Source: Eledone cirrhosa (taxonomy: Eukaryota). Taken from it: 64,000 nucleotides of DNA. The translations under genes and the position numbers were made by a program. The DNA lies in the NCBI GenBank assembly GCA_964016885.1, contig OZ024751.1, positions 37,510,001-37,574,000 of the forward strand, given 5' to 3'. The notes beneath the pieces are model-generated. The model was not told the origin of the DNA and searched no databases. It saw nothing but the letters and a program-made list of their open reading frames with translations. Position 1 is the first letter of the stretch. Every line of letters begins with the position of its first letter. Positions 1 through 12,988 of the stretch are shown piece after piece.

Positions 1-195
1 TCTTGCATTATCTATGTTAACTGCCGAATGTATTTTAATTTTGTTTTAATTTTGTTTTAATTTTGATTTTGAATTGCTATACAGAAATAATATAATATAA
101 TATGTGTCACTCCACTGTACATCAATATACACATATGTATCTGTATGTCTCTTGCGTTGGAAAGGAGGTCAATTATGTGTACAAACATTGAAAAA

Positions 196-242
196 TGCTC
201 CGAAGACTCCAAACCTAGGTTTGGATGAAACAATTGTAAGTG
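196..242 (+). ncRNA. Degenerate minimal type I hammerhead ribozyme motif (Penelope-like pLTR type)
   Basis: tgct-CCGAAGA-c[tccaaacctaggtttgga]t-GAAA-CAATTG-TA-agtg: core has U4>C, stem II is a perfect 18-bp palindrome, stem III is palindromic, GUA triplet; lies just upstream of (TA)n. Confidence 0.5.
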
Positions 243-279
243 AATATAGCTTTGATTCTTGTGAATTCTATATATATAC

Positions 280-322
<43 letters not shown>

Positions 323-326
<4 letters not shown>

Positions 327-372
327 CGAAACATAAGTCAATTGCATGAACTCATAATCCTTTATTTACTCC
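323..372 (+). mobile_element. Short island between (TA)n tracts carrying the 3' half of a hammerhead (GAAAC-ataa-GTC)
   Basis: gacGAAACataaGTCaattgc...tttactcc flanked by TA repeats on both sides. Confidence 0.3.
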
Positions 373-466
373 TATATATATTTCGATGATAGCCATTGGA
401 TGGCTATGACCTCATGAGGCAGTTACTCAGTTCTTATATATGCCAGACATATATATATATATATTA

Positions 467-503
<37 letters not shown>

Positions 504-1046
504 CATATTAAAACCACTCGGTTGAGAACTTATTCGATTTGTGCTATTTATGCTATTTTTTGCATGATTTACACCTACTGAATTAATTTGCCAACATCTG
601 GGGTTATTCCCCTTGTGATTTCCACACGTGGGTTAACTTACCACCGTGTCATTCACTTATTTGGTACAGAGCGAAATGCCTGTTGATAACGTGATATTCC
701 TTGTTCGATCATTATACACAAAGCTTATATTTTTAAGCAGGCTGTATTTTGATTTCGGTGTCACAGAAACTCTACATCGGACTTTAACAGCAAATCCGGG
801 AGTCCAGGTCTGGTTATCATGTATTTTTTATCATTTATTTTGTTTTGACCTGTTTAGCTTGATTTGGTTTTGGGCTTGGGTGGTTAATGCCTTCTTGACC
901 ACTTTTTCAGTCTTGTATGGCTTCTTAACACATTGTTTAGCTCTGGTTTTAACTATTGAGCACTTTGCCAGTATCATTTCTGATTTTTGCGTTTCGCTTC
1001 GCTTTTCCTGCCCGCCGAAATGCGATTATCGCTGAATCTTTATTTG

Positions 1047-1662
<616 letters not shown>

Positions 1663-1663
1663 G

Positions 1664-1750
1664 ATGAGATTCTACAGGACTAGAACGGTTTCATTCTTTA
1701 GAAATCATCATAAATCTCTGTGGTTACCTCCGATTCAACCCGGAATAACA
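1664..1750. mobile_element. Hammerhead/hairpin element family A, collapsed copy
   Basis: Minus strand reads TGATGA-tttctaaagaat-GAAAC-cgttcta-GTC-ctgtag and is joined to the + strand tail ctgtggttacctccgattcaacccgg also found at 51437-51465; flanked by (TA)n. Confidence 0.55.
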
Positions 1751-2774
1751 TATATATATATATATATATGGCTATACACACACATTATATTGACATACAC
1801 ACACACATATATACACACATTATATACACACACACATTATATACATACACACATTATATACACGCACATTATATATATATATACACACATTATATATATA
1901 TACATACACAGAAACACGCACACAGAAACGTTCTCTCTAGCGTTCATTCAAAGTCGTATATTTACTTAAAGATAACTTGGCAGTGACACATATTCGCCTC
2001 GAGCTATGTCATCATAATTGAGGTATACACACCTTTCTTGTTGACACTTCATAGATCCTTAGATGATACAAATGAATATTTAATGTGTCTTTTTGTATCG
2101 ACGCGTTATCAAGGAATCCACACATAGAATGTTATATCAACTGACGTGAGAAAATAGACATAATGACTTCATATTTCCTACTTCTTGTACTAAGCTGTTC
2201 TCATTTCATTAATGTTCTAATTGATGACGTGGGCATTATATCCTGATTTCAGTAACTAGATTTTATTATTTCTCCAAGACAGAATAGATTATATTATCGC
2301 TAACTTTTACAGAAAGGGGAAGTCAATGTATTTTATGTTGTGCATGGTATATTGATACATCAATGTATGTAGACAGAAGATATATACCAATATTGAAGAG
2401 AGATGAAATACTGAACCATGAGATTGACCAGACTATTCGGTAGAACGTAGGTCGCATTGTTAATAACGCTATAACATCGGGGAAAATGCTATGTATTATA
2501 AGTTCAGGTCTGTACCTTGCGAGGACAAATCCTTCTAATATAAGCTTTGATATTAATTTCCTTGTCGGTAAAAATAGTGTTAATCTCGTACTGAAGTTGA
2601 TAGAATCTTTGGCTTTCTGCTTTCACTATCTCTTCTGAGAAGGAACTGATTGTATACAGATCTAGAGAAGGATGAGATTCCCCACATTTACTTGCTAAGG
2701 TACAACAGATAACCTGACATCGCCCCAGCAACTCCAACAAGGATATGCATATATATATATATATATATATATAT

Positions 2775-2803
2775 GAGCTCTGCCGTCGGGGTCATACTTT
2801 TTC
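2775..2803 (+). mobile_element. Fragment of hairpin family C (see 26994-27443) inside (TA)n
   Basis: gagctctgccgtcggggtcatactt matches 27140-27163 with 1 mismatch. Confidence 0.7.
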
Positions 2804-2804
2804 C

Positions 2805-2836
<32 letters not shown>

Positions 2837-2842
2837 TATATA

Positions 2843-2876
<34 letters not shown>

Positions 2877-3350
2877 TATGTATAGTTTTCCGTTAATTTA
2901 AACTCTTTCGAAGCTGTACACAACAGATCTAAACAAATAAGATTATATTACACTCATATAACGCTATAATGACTACATTAATTCATTAATTAAAACGTTA
3001 CCAATATTCTCCCATTACACGAATCGAGCAAAGGAATAGTGACAGCAAATTAAAGCTTAAAAGTGATCAACGATATAAGATAACTTCAAGCAAGGGTATC
3101 AATCTCAGTTGCAATACATATATGAATATTATTTACAAGCGGTTGTATTTTTTCTAAAAAGAACAAATGCCATTTTCTCAATCTTAAGAGTACTACAACT
3201 TCCCAGCAAATAATAAACATGCGGCAGATATATTAACAATAACTGATGCCAAACTTTAACGTTAAGTCATAATAAAGTCGAAACTCTCTCTCTCTATATA
3301 TATATATGTGTGTATGTAAATATATATATATATATATATACACACATACA

Positions 3351-3460
3351 TATAGGGTGTCAAAAAGAAATGTATACACGCTTCAACAGCATTCTAATAA
3401 ATATTGCCTGTACAGGTAATCATAATCTGTATACATTTTTAGGGGGGGGGACATCCACTA
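3351..3460. mobile_element. Tc1/mariner-type MITE remnant
   Basis: Imperfect TIRs tatagggtgtcaaaaagaaatgtataca ... tgtatacattttt(g)n-gacatccacta, with TA at both ends. Confidence 0.5.
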
Positions 3461-4355
3461 TGTGTGTATATATATATATATATAATACATATGTGTGTGC
3501 ATGCGTCTGTGTGCAGTATACTGCGATGTATATATACACACAGTGAGTGTGGGCTGCATTAAACTCAGCAGAAAAATTGTAACAAATACTATACTAGCAT
3601 ATATGTAGCGAGAAGTGTTGTGAGTGGCTTATGGGAATTCTGAATAGCAATAACTATCAATAAGTAATACATCGCTTAATGTAATACATTAAATACACAA
3701 TGCTTTGGTCTGTTACACATACACAGGAAGACATACATACGGTAATGTAGTTACAACAGACTTAATATTAACAGTATCAACACATATACACACCGATCAC
3801 TCACTCAAATACGAACACACAATATACATATATGTGTGAATGTATATTAACAGATTACTCCATTTAGAATTCTGTTTGACTGGTGAATGTGTTTAGGAAG
3901 CCAGAGAGATATATAAAAGTAGGTTAATATATAATCGCTCAATACTAATTAAATGAAATTCGAGGATTGCACAATTTCATTCAATTCGTATAGAAAACTA
4001 CTAGCAATAATCTCCCAAGGAATAACTCTAGAATTATATGAAATAGATATTGCTTCGTATATTTAGTTTATGGTTTTAATGGTTTAAACTTCCATTGTTT
4101 AAAATAATCATTTCTGGTAATTAAAATCTAGAATTCTAGGTTCAATCTCAATGGTGGATAACACAATTGAAATTAAATGTATTCTAAGAACAACGTAACT
4201 CTCAATTCAGCCTCAAATCAATCAGATTAGATCATTATTGAATATTTATTGATTGACATAATTAATTTAATACATTTTTTTAAAGATAACTTTTTAAAAA
4301 TTACTAAATGTAAGCATTCGGGAAATAAACATTGATTTCTTGCGCAGAACCCTAA

Positions 4356-4547
4356 TTAATTGTTTCTACGTTTGGCAAAGGGCCAGCAATTATTCCAGTG
4401 TATTACTGGTACTTTATTTTATCGACCCCGTAAGGATGAAAGGCAAAGTTAACCTCGGCAGTATTGTGAACTCAGACCATAAAGGGCCGTAACTCCGTGC
4501 TGCAAAGCATGGCGTCCGACCCTCTACCGATACTGCCAATTATCCCT
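4356..4547 (-). mobile_element. tRNA-derived SINE family 1 (short-3' subfamily)
   Basis: A-box-like tggcagtatcggtag, B-box gagttcac, central cctttcatccttacggggtcgataaaataaagtaccag shared by more than 10 copies in the window. Confidence 0.9.
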
Positions 4548-4785
4548 AGTCACACACACCACTGCATAATTAAAACCTTCAATGATTATTATACAGTTAA
4601 AGACATCATGTTGAAGAACCGGTTTGCCTTCCCATCATTTAGGTTTCTCATATTTCAAAGACATGAATCTCCTGATTCACACAAAAGCAAAGAGATTCCG
4701 TGTTTCCAATAATGATAGACGGATTCATCAGTGTGTATGTGTGTATGGGGGTGGTGGTTTTCATACCAATAATATATAATATTGA

Positions 4786-4985
4786 CTTTATCATAGAAAT
4801 TACTTCTCTGTAAGAAATCAACAGGAACAGGCCTGATCATTTGTTAGGAATGAAACAGTTCTAGTCCCGTAGAATAAATTTCTGTAATAAAATGAATATG
4901 CAGAAACTCTACTAACGTATTGAGTACCTTTCTTAACTGTGGTCACCTTCCAATAACATCAAGAATCCACCTCGCTATCGTTCTC
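4786..4985 (+). mobile_element. Hammerhead/hairpin element family A
   Basis: CTGATCA-tttgttaggaat-GAAAC-agttcta-GTC at 4833-4866; short inverted arm 4786-4806 versus 4871-4891; actctac...tattgagtac motif at 4906-4927; homologous to 1664 and 51328. Confidence 0.55.
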
Positions 4986-5020
4986 TATTTGTGTGTGTGT
5001 TTATATATATATATATCATA

Positions 5021-5276
5021 AAGAAAACGAAAAATCAGTGATACATCTGGACTTAGTTTATTTCGTGTTACAAATGTTTCGCCGGCATGTAGCTCGAGTC
5101 ATGGTCCTTGTATGGACTCGAGTTACATGCCGGCGAAACATTTGTAACACGAAATAAACTAAGTCCAGATGCATCACTGATTTTTCGTTTTCTTGATATC
5201 TACACTCTACTCTGATGAATATCGAGTACTAATTTTGGCATACCGCCTACGGAAGCACCATAGCTACCACTATACA

Positions 5277-5278
<2 letters not shown>
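5021..5278 (+). mobile_element. Hairpin element family B: 80-bp inverted arms plus 3' tail in (TA)n
   Basis: 5021-5100 is the reverse complement of 5115-5194 with 2 mismatches; contains GAAAC-attt-GTA; tail carries cactctac...atcgagtac. Confidence 0.8.
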
Positions 5279-5323
<45 letters not shown>

Positions 5324-7561
5324 ACATATATATATATAACTTTTTAAATGATATATAATATATAATTACATATATATTTCTAGGCTGATCGACAAAGTGT
5401 GTAGAAGTAGATAAACGCTGGAAACAGGTATTATCACACACGTGAAACAAACACACAAACACACCCAAACACATATATACACACACAGATGCATATTAAA
5501 TTTGGTGATATGTTTTCCCTAGATAAATATACTTATCATTCAGAATATATTTAGTATTCAAACAACAACAACAACAACACACTCTACTGTTTTACCTTTT
5601 ATTGTTTTATACTTTTTCCTTTACTGTCAATAGAAATATTGCTTATCTAGTTTAGAAGGATGAAAGAAACTTCTTCGAAAAATATATTCTGGCTGCTTGC
5701 TGTAAATATGTTTAATACATTTAAACATATTACGTTCACATAAAGTGATATTTTTAAGCACACGAAATATTGCTTTTATATAGATGATGCAATTGCCCAA
5801 AGATTACATCAAGATCAAGGAAATATATACTTGTATATTGCTTGCTATGTAGCGACGTATCAATTGTGAAAGAGAGGCAACAAACATCTCAATATTAACC
5901 ATTTATATTGACTGTATATTTTACACTTGATATTACCATCAGATATTCATTTCCAACACTTTTATCAAAATATTAGCTAGGTTGTTTTTATCGTTCGGAG
6001 AACTGAACATAGCGTAAATGCCGAAATCATTCAGTGAGTAATATGATGAAAATAGCAATCATAAACACACACACACACTCGTTAGTAAACAAAAATGAAT
6101 GCATACAGCAAACATATTCGCATATACGCATGAAAATATGTATAAATTTAGCTATATATATATGCATAAATATGTAATTATAAACATATAACAGTATATA
6201 TATATATGTAATTATATGTGTGTCCGTATATGTAATATATATATGTATATATGTGTTTATATGACGATATAATGGAAAAACAATGTAGCAATGAAGATGC
6301 ACATAGTGGATTCGACGTTAACCATAAAAGCAATTATATATACATGAGAAGATATTATGTAAGGTGTCCTTTGATATTCCACAACATATTAGTGAAACAA
6401 TAACAGCATAACAACAAACACTATAACAACAACATGATATAACACCAGTCATCTCGGTGTGCAGCCATTATAAAAATGCACACATGTTCAGTAAATGCAC
6501 ATACTTGCTGTAAAAGACAACGAACAATTACGGCGAGAAATGAAACTTCTGAAGCGTGGTGTTCACCGTTTGGATTACATAGAAATAAAGAATAACAAAT
6601 ATGGAAAGGTTTGCTTACATTTATGGACATATTTCCATCGTTTCATTTGCACCTTTCAGCATATGTTAAATTATATAGGATTAACTACGTAGGGTTTATT
6701 AACATATGCATCTATATTTGCATGTATAATGCAATATCCATTTATGTGTCCTTCAATGACCGACTCCATTTCAATAACGGAGACTAGCAAGAGAATTGCG
6801 GAATATATCCATGAAATTATATTCCGTTGAGTTTGGTTTCCAGGTTTGCTTGCATTTAATCAAGATGGATTTACTTTCAAGTAAAGACAATCAGTCATAG
6901 TGTTATCTCCCGCTTCCCCCTCTCTCTCTTACTTTCTCTCCCTCTCTCTCTCTATACACACACATATATATATATATGCAAAGACCAAAACCCGTATATA
7001 AACCCATAATTATTAGCATAGATTAACAGTTTCTGCTTTTACCTTAAGATGATGCCTCATAAAGGGTGAAAGCCACTAATGTATTTCCATATAAACTGAT
7101 CACTTCTAAATCTCTCCACCTGCACTAAATGTGTTCCACCGACGAAACCTTACGAGATAGAAACACATCCATGCCTTAGTTGTCGTCATTTTCTACAAAT
7201 TTGCTGACATTATGTGTAACATATTTAGAATTTTCTTCAATTTTTACGCTTCAACATACAAAGAAATTTTACTTAATGTTCTACTAAATTCTCTTTCATC
7301 TTTATGAGGATTGGGCGGAAATCATTTATACAAGCTACACATTTGCTATTCATCCTTTGTATTCTTTAAGATGAGTTTCCTATTACCCTTATAATAATTA
7401 TTAACCTTTCGTTTCTCATACATTCAGATGTAATCAGGTTCTTATTCTTTTTGCCAACTAAAACAAAAATACCATACATACAAACGTTGTATATACGTTT
7501 AAAGAAACAGCATCAACATACAAATAAATAGAAAAAAAATAAAGAAAGCATACAAATGTTT

Positions 7562-7624
<63 letters not shown>

Positions 7625-8410
7625 TATGTGCTTATATATGAAAGAATACAAGAAGACGGAAGATTAGACAATAGGAATAAACAGGAATGTTGGCGTCACA
7701 TCTCTGTAATTGATGGAAATTTACAAAACAATAATGACGGTCTCAAAGGAAGGATAATCAGCAATGTTACAAAATTGTATTTCTACAACCAAACGAAACA
7801 CTCATAATAAACTTTGTTGAGAATTAAGAACGCTTAGTTACATTTTATTGTTCGCAATGAATGGAATACACCATTATTTTCATTTCGTTTTCCATCCTTT
7901 TTTTTTTAAGCTAATAAGGTCTCCAGAATATGAAATCATGGCCACCACTCGACGTATAATACATTTACTAATAGTGTTTCCTATATGAGGATGGGGACAG
8001 CGTATTGAAATGAGAGACAAGACAACTGTGTCCATTATGTTAAGTTTCAAAGGATAGTTGTTGGCGTTGTTGAAGATCATCGCTGTCACGTTAGGGGGTT
8101 GGTGACACTAAGACTGGGTCGCTCGCTCCTCGCTAATAATACAAATATTAAATGAAATAAATAACATCGTGTCATGTTGTGTCGCTTGTGACAGCTGAAT
8201 AAACTTTTAACGTTGCAGCAATAAATCTCATTGCTGTGAGGTAAATATTGTTCTAGAGAAGCAGGTGGTGTGTATAGTGTATCTTCCGGACTAAACGTCA
8301 TTTCTTTGTAATGTCAAATCCTTACCAATGTTTTCGTTTGCTTGTCAGCTAGGTGTCACGACACATTTATTGATCAGAAATTCTTCCAAAATGTCAAAAG
8401 ATACACACAC

Positions 8411-8442
<32 letters not shown>

Positions 8443-8509
8443 CATATATATAAATACACACATTTGTATAAATTATATACATCTGCTAGATGTACGTAAA
8501 CACACACAC

Positions 8510-8554
<45 letters not shown>

Positions 8555-8556
<2 letters not shown>

Positions 8557-8730
8557 TTTCTGAAATTGGTTAGCAAGATTCTTTATCTGAAAACGTCTGT
8601 TGAAACCGATATTGTTATGCTTTGGGAGGGTCATGTTGCCAATAAGAAACACACGCACCAGTTGCTTTCGCTCAACTTTATGAATTTAAGAATTTATAAA
8701 TCTCCGGTTGGTTGGTTGGTTCCATAACCG
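8555..8730 (+). mobile_element. Left arm of a palindromic foldback/MITE-like family (also at 39050 and 50613-51264)
   Basis: gaaaccgatattgttatgctttgggagggtcatgttgcc matches the reverse complement of 51181-51240; starts directly after (TA)n. Confidence 0.7.
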
Positions 8731-9544
8731 GACGGTTGTTCATATATTGTCAAAGTTCTTTCGTCACGCATCATAGAAATGATTTTCACTATAAAAGATC
8801 TTACTTAGAAACATTAGGAGGAACCAATTAATGAATACAGATCATAAACAGACTTAGGTGCACACTTTTACACGGGATCACATACACAGAGATATACCTC
8901 CACACATGCGCAGTGTCCTTATCAAATGAAGGTTGAAACACATGAAAATTGTTCCGTGTATAACCAATTAATCTACTAATTCAGATAATGCTAAAATCGT
9001 ATTAAAAACGTATTACCTGTAATATATAAATCTGTATTTCTTTGAAGTTAATAGCTGGCAAATCTAAACCTATTTCCTTTCCAGTTTCATAGCTACCTGG
9101 CTGATCTTGTGCAGCATAACACCATATGTGATATATCAAACGTGTCTTTGTGCATAACTATAAATAGTCATTTATAATGAGCCCGAACACAAGGGTTTAT
9201 AACAGAAATTCCACATGGATCAAACATTATACATAATAAATAGTGATGCATTAAAATACTTTCATTTCTGTAGGGCTGAATGAACAAAACTAATGAACTT
9301 TTGGATAACATCATCAGGTGGTGTTTATGAATGGACGATGGAGCTATAAAACATCCTTCGTCAATTATAATGCCTTATTTCAGTACATCACAATATGGCT
9401 AAACATTGGCTTATTAAATACAAAGAAAGAACATAAAAATGCTGGGCTTTTAAACGAGCAACATTTCAAATATTTAATCTAACTATATAAAATTAAAGGA
9501 ATATGAAGATTCTATGTATAGTTTCTTGTTTAATATTTAATTTC

Positions 9545-9995
9545 TCCTTCGCTCTCTTATTCCTGAGAAGCCCATGGGGACGGAACCCTCAAACACTACT
9601 TGCAGTTGGTCCTCTCAGAAGCAATTGTCTCCACGTGATCCAGATTGATCCCAAGTAAAACCAGCCAAGCTCATGGATGTTATCCAACCATCTTGCTTGG
9701 ATTCTACCAACGAGTCTCCTACCAGTTGGTTTTGCCTATACCATCTGTCACGCGATTCTTTCCTGTGACATTCAAAGCAAATATCCATAGTATTGGAGCT
9801 ATGATCTCTTAATTCTGAGAAGTAGCGGTTCTAAATGGAGTAACTCTCTGATCTTCGAGCTCTACAATCTATCAAGTAACGTTACTCCAAAGACCTTTTG
9901 GAGAATCTTCAGTTCCACCGCTTTTATTTGCGATCGTATTTTTTAGGTCATTGCCTAAGATTCATGACCATAAGTAAAGGTTGGCAGGAAAAGAG
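9545..9995 (-). mobile_element. Decayed 3' end of an RTE-clade LINE (C-terminal to RT), multiple stops
   Basis: Minus-strand translation FLPTFTYGHES*AMT*KIRSQIKAVELKILQKVFGVTLLDRL*SSKIRELLHLEPLLLRIKRS*LQYYGYLL*M...PTGRRLVGRIQARWLDNI resembles the RTE/Expander C-terminus (PTLTYG.E.W...EPLLL.IERSQLRW.GH...G.RP.GRP..RW.D). Confidence 0.88.
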
Positions 9996-10824
9996 AATAT
10001 TTTATTCACATTTTTTACTATACCCCGGTAATAAATGTGAATGAAAAACGGAAGTAATATTACTCGATATAATGAGTAACATGAAAATCTTGAAGTCAAT
10101 CCAGCTACTTCTCTCCGTATCGTGCGATCATGTTTACGGCATGTCTGACCTGTACATAGGAAGAATCACCAAATAGATTTTACTGTTAAAGTCAAACGAC
10201 AGGAGACTCAGCGGCACACTGCCAGCAATATGGCTCTATAACACTCTTGATCTCGGTTGCCTCTTCTTGGGTCTCTAACTGGATCACTTGGAGATGCATG
10301 ATACGTGTTTCTGTAAGTTTTGTAAGGATCGTCCCATGAATAAATGTCTATGGAAATGAATGAAGATGTGTACACCAAGTGTATGATTTTATCTCTACGT
10401 ATATATTAAATACATTTAATATATGGCATATGTAATATATTAAATAACAGTGTGGGTCACAGGTGCATTTCAAATCCATCTTTCTTACGTGAATTGTTTG
10501 GTACCGTCACCATTACAAACAAAAGTTGTTTAGCAATAGAAGAAGTCAGTAGTTCCTCCGATATATTTTGTGATTGAATTTACTATTTATTTTAAAGTAG
10601 ATATTGTTTAAGCGCTTTCAAAACTGGATAAACAATGCGACAATGTACTTCATCTTCTACCATATATCATGAACTTCATGGGTGATGAAACCATTTCTAT
10701 TTTAGCATATCAATAGCGACTGTGTGTGTGTGTACACATATCTAATCATGCACACGTACACATATCTAATCATACACACACATACATACATATACGTATG
10801 TACGTATGGGTGAATAAAATTCTA

Positions 10825-10875
<51 letters not shown>

Positions 10876-11208
10876 CATCATTAAAATATAGTTGCTTAAC
10901 ACATTCATCACTGGATGAGGTTCCCATGAGAGTTTAAGCTGAGAATATATAACGGATAATATTCTTGTTTACATGTGGAATAATCTCTCATCAATTATTT
11001 GGTGACAGAAACGTAGTTTTATTCAGTAGCATCCAACTAATCAGCCCACTTGGGAGTTCGCAGTATCCAGCTATACTTAATGTCTACAACATACATTGCT
11101 TACACCTTTTCAATAATCATGCATGGTGTGTTTTACCCAGGCCAATGAAGACCTAAATATATATATAGAGAGAATATTAGAATATATAATACTAACATAT
11201 CTCAGCCA

Positions 11209-11253
<45 letters not shown>

Positions 11254-12343
11254 CGAAAACGGACACCGTTGCTTCAGTATGAGGGATACCTGGAAATATA
11301 TAGTGGTAGACTTTATGTATATATTCATACAAAACTCAGCCAACTGTATCATATATATTCTGTAATGGTTTTTAGCAGATTAATATTAATGTGTTTTACG
11401 CCATTGATATATTCTTTTACTTGTTTCAGTCATTGAATTGCGGCAATGGTGTGACATTTTTTTTATTTAGGAGTCCAGTCTATAATATCGACCCAAATGA
11501 TATATTTCCTTCTTGTACTTATTTCACCGATGTCTCACCGTCTCTCTTGGTCAATCGAACTTGTTACTAATAATAAAATGGCACAGTTTCAACAGCACCA
11601 ATTGTACGTGATATAAACATAAACAACTCCACACGTGAGATATCTCCGTTCAAATCTAACAAAATTAATCTCTACTCTAAATAAACCTCAAAGCACGCCA
11701 ATATGACTTCAACTTGAAGATGTGACTACCAAAGTGTAGAAACGTTGTTATATATATGTAATTATTCCATGACCTAAGGTTTATGTAATTAAATAGCTCT
11801 GTTCTATATATATAGCACTCTTCTTTCTTTTACCTTTTCTACGGAAATACATAACATATATATCTATATATACTCACAAATATATGCATACTTACACACA
11901 CACACAATAAATATATGGGAGAGAGAGAAATAGATACACACAGAAAGAGAAATGGAGAGAGGGGAGAAGGAAGTTGACAGAATTATTTTCTTCAAACGAT
12001 TATGTTCGATTTAGATGCAATGTAGAAATATAGAATTCTGTGATTTTCAGTTGAAAGTATTTGAAGCAATATCATAGTAAATGACGTAAGAGTCATTTAA
12101 CATCATACTTTGTATATATCATCATAAACACTACACCAAGGAAATACGTCTTTTGTTTAATAGGTGGGTGGAGTACATGTAGGATGAGGAGTTCATAGAT
12201 GTCAACTTCATTTAAATCGTTATATTCCAACAGAAATATCTTTCTAATACTCCAAGGTATTATATCTTATTTTATTGGTATGCATATTGGGATTCACTTA
12301 TAACTTATCCCCAAACCAGTATTTGTTTACGTAATGGTATAAC

Positions 12344-12435
12344 TAATAATAATAATTGTTTCTACTTTTGGCACAAGGCCAGCACATACCAGTACATTAC
12401 TGGTACTTTATTTTATCGACCCCGTAAGGATGAAA
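12344..12435 (-). mobile_element. SINE family 1, 5'-truncated copy abutting the tail of a second copy
   Basis: (aat)n-tgtttctacttttggcacaaggccagc...gaccccgtaaggatgaaa. Confidence 0.85.
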
Positions 12436-12642
12436 ATAATAATAATTGTTTCTACTTTAGGCACAAGGCAGCAATTTCAAGGGGAATGACGATTAAACTG
12501 ACCCCAATGCATTCCTAGTACTTTAATTATTAACCCCATAAAGATGAAAGGCAAAGGTAACCTCGGCGGGATTTGAACTCAGGAGGTAAAGGGCCATAAC
12601 TATGCTGCAAAACATGGCGTCTGATGCTCTACCGATACTGAG
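12436..12642 (-). mobile_element. SINE family 1 (long-3' subfamily)
   Basis: Homology to the other copies, including B-box gagttcaaatccc on the minus strand. Confidence 0.88.
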
Positions 12643-12988
12643 ATAATAATAGTTGTAATCATATGACAGCACGCTATTTCTCCTTTGCATCTGATGTAAT
12701 GTGAAAGATGTGAACATGAATTACTTCCCCGTTTTCTTCCCCAGAATTAAATGCCAGATATTAATGTCTATATTCTATATTCTCTTATGTAATCCATATA
12801 AAAGCAAGATGAAAGATTCTCTGTGAGTGAAATTCATATTCAATTTACATAAACATGATTTCACATTTGTCTCAACTAATACCCTTGGGAAATTCAAGAG
12901 ATTCCACATATTCCGTGTTTTCCTCTTCTATAATAAAACGGGAAACTGTGACAAGGTAAAAGTATTCATATTCCTTTATATACGTAAT

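Noticed and set aside
510-1040. Possible Penelope ORF remnant (minus-strand IIAFRR motif)
   Set aside because: Only a short motif; no GIY-YIG or RT motifs could be read in the adjacent frames.
1975-2745. Possible decayed RT fragment (GFLD...I.LY on the minus strand) and the 78-aa ORF
   Set aside because: No YxDD or other RT motifs found; similarity too weak.
5021-5194. pre-miRNA calls for the long hairpins
   Set aside because: Arms are too long and too perfect, occur in dispersed families and are TA-embedded; this fits mobile-element inversion better.
7040-7170. Two hammerhead-like fragments (gatgatg...gtgaaag; ccgacga...gaaac)
   Set aside because: Stems I and III cannot be formed; compatible with chance.
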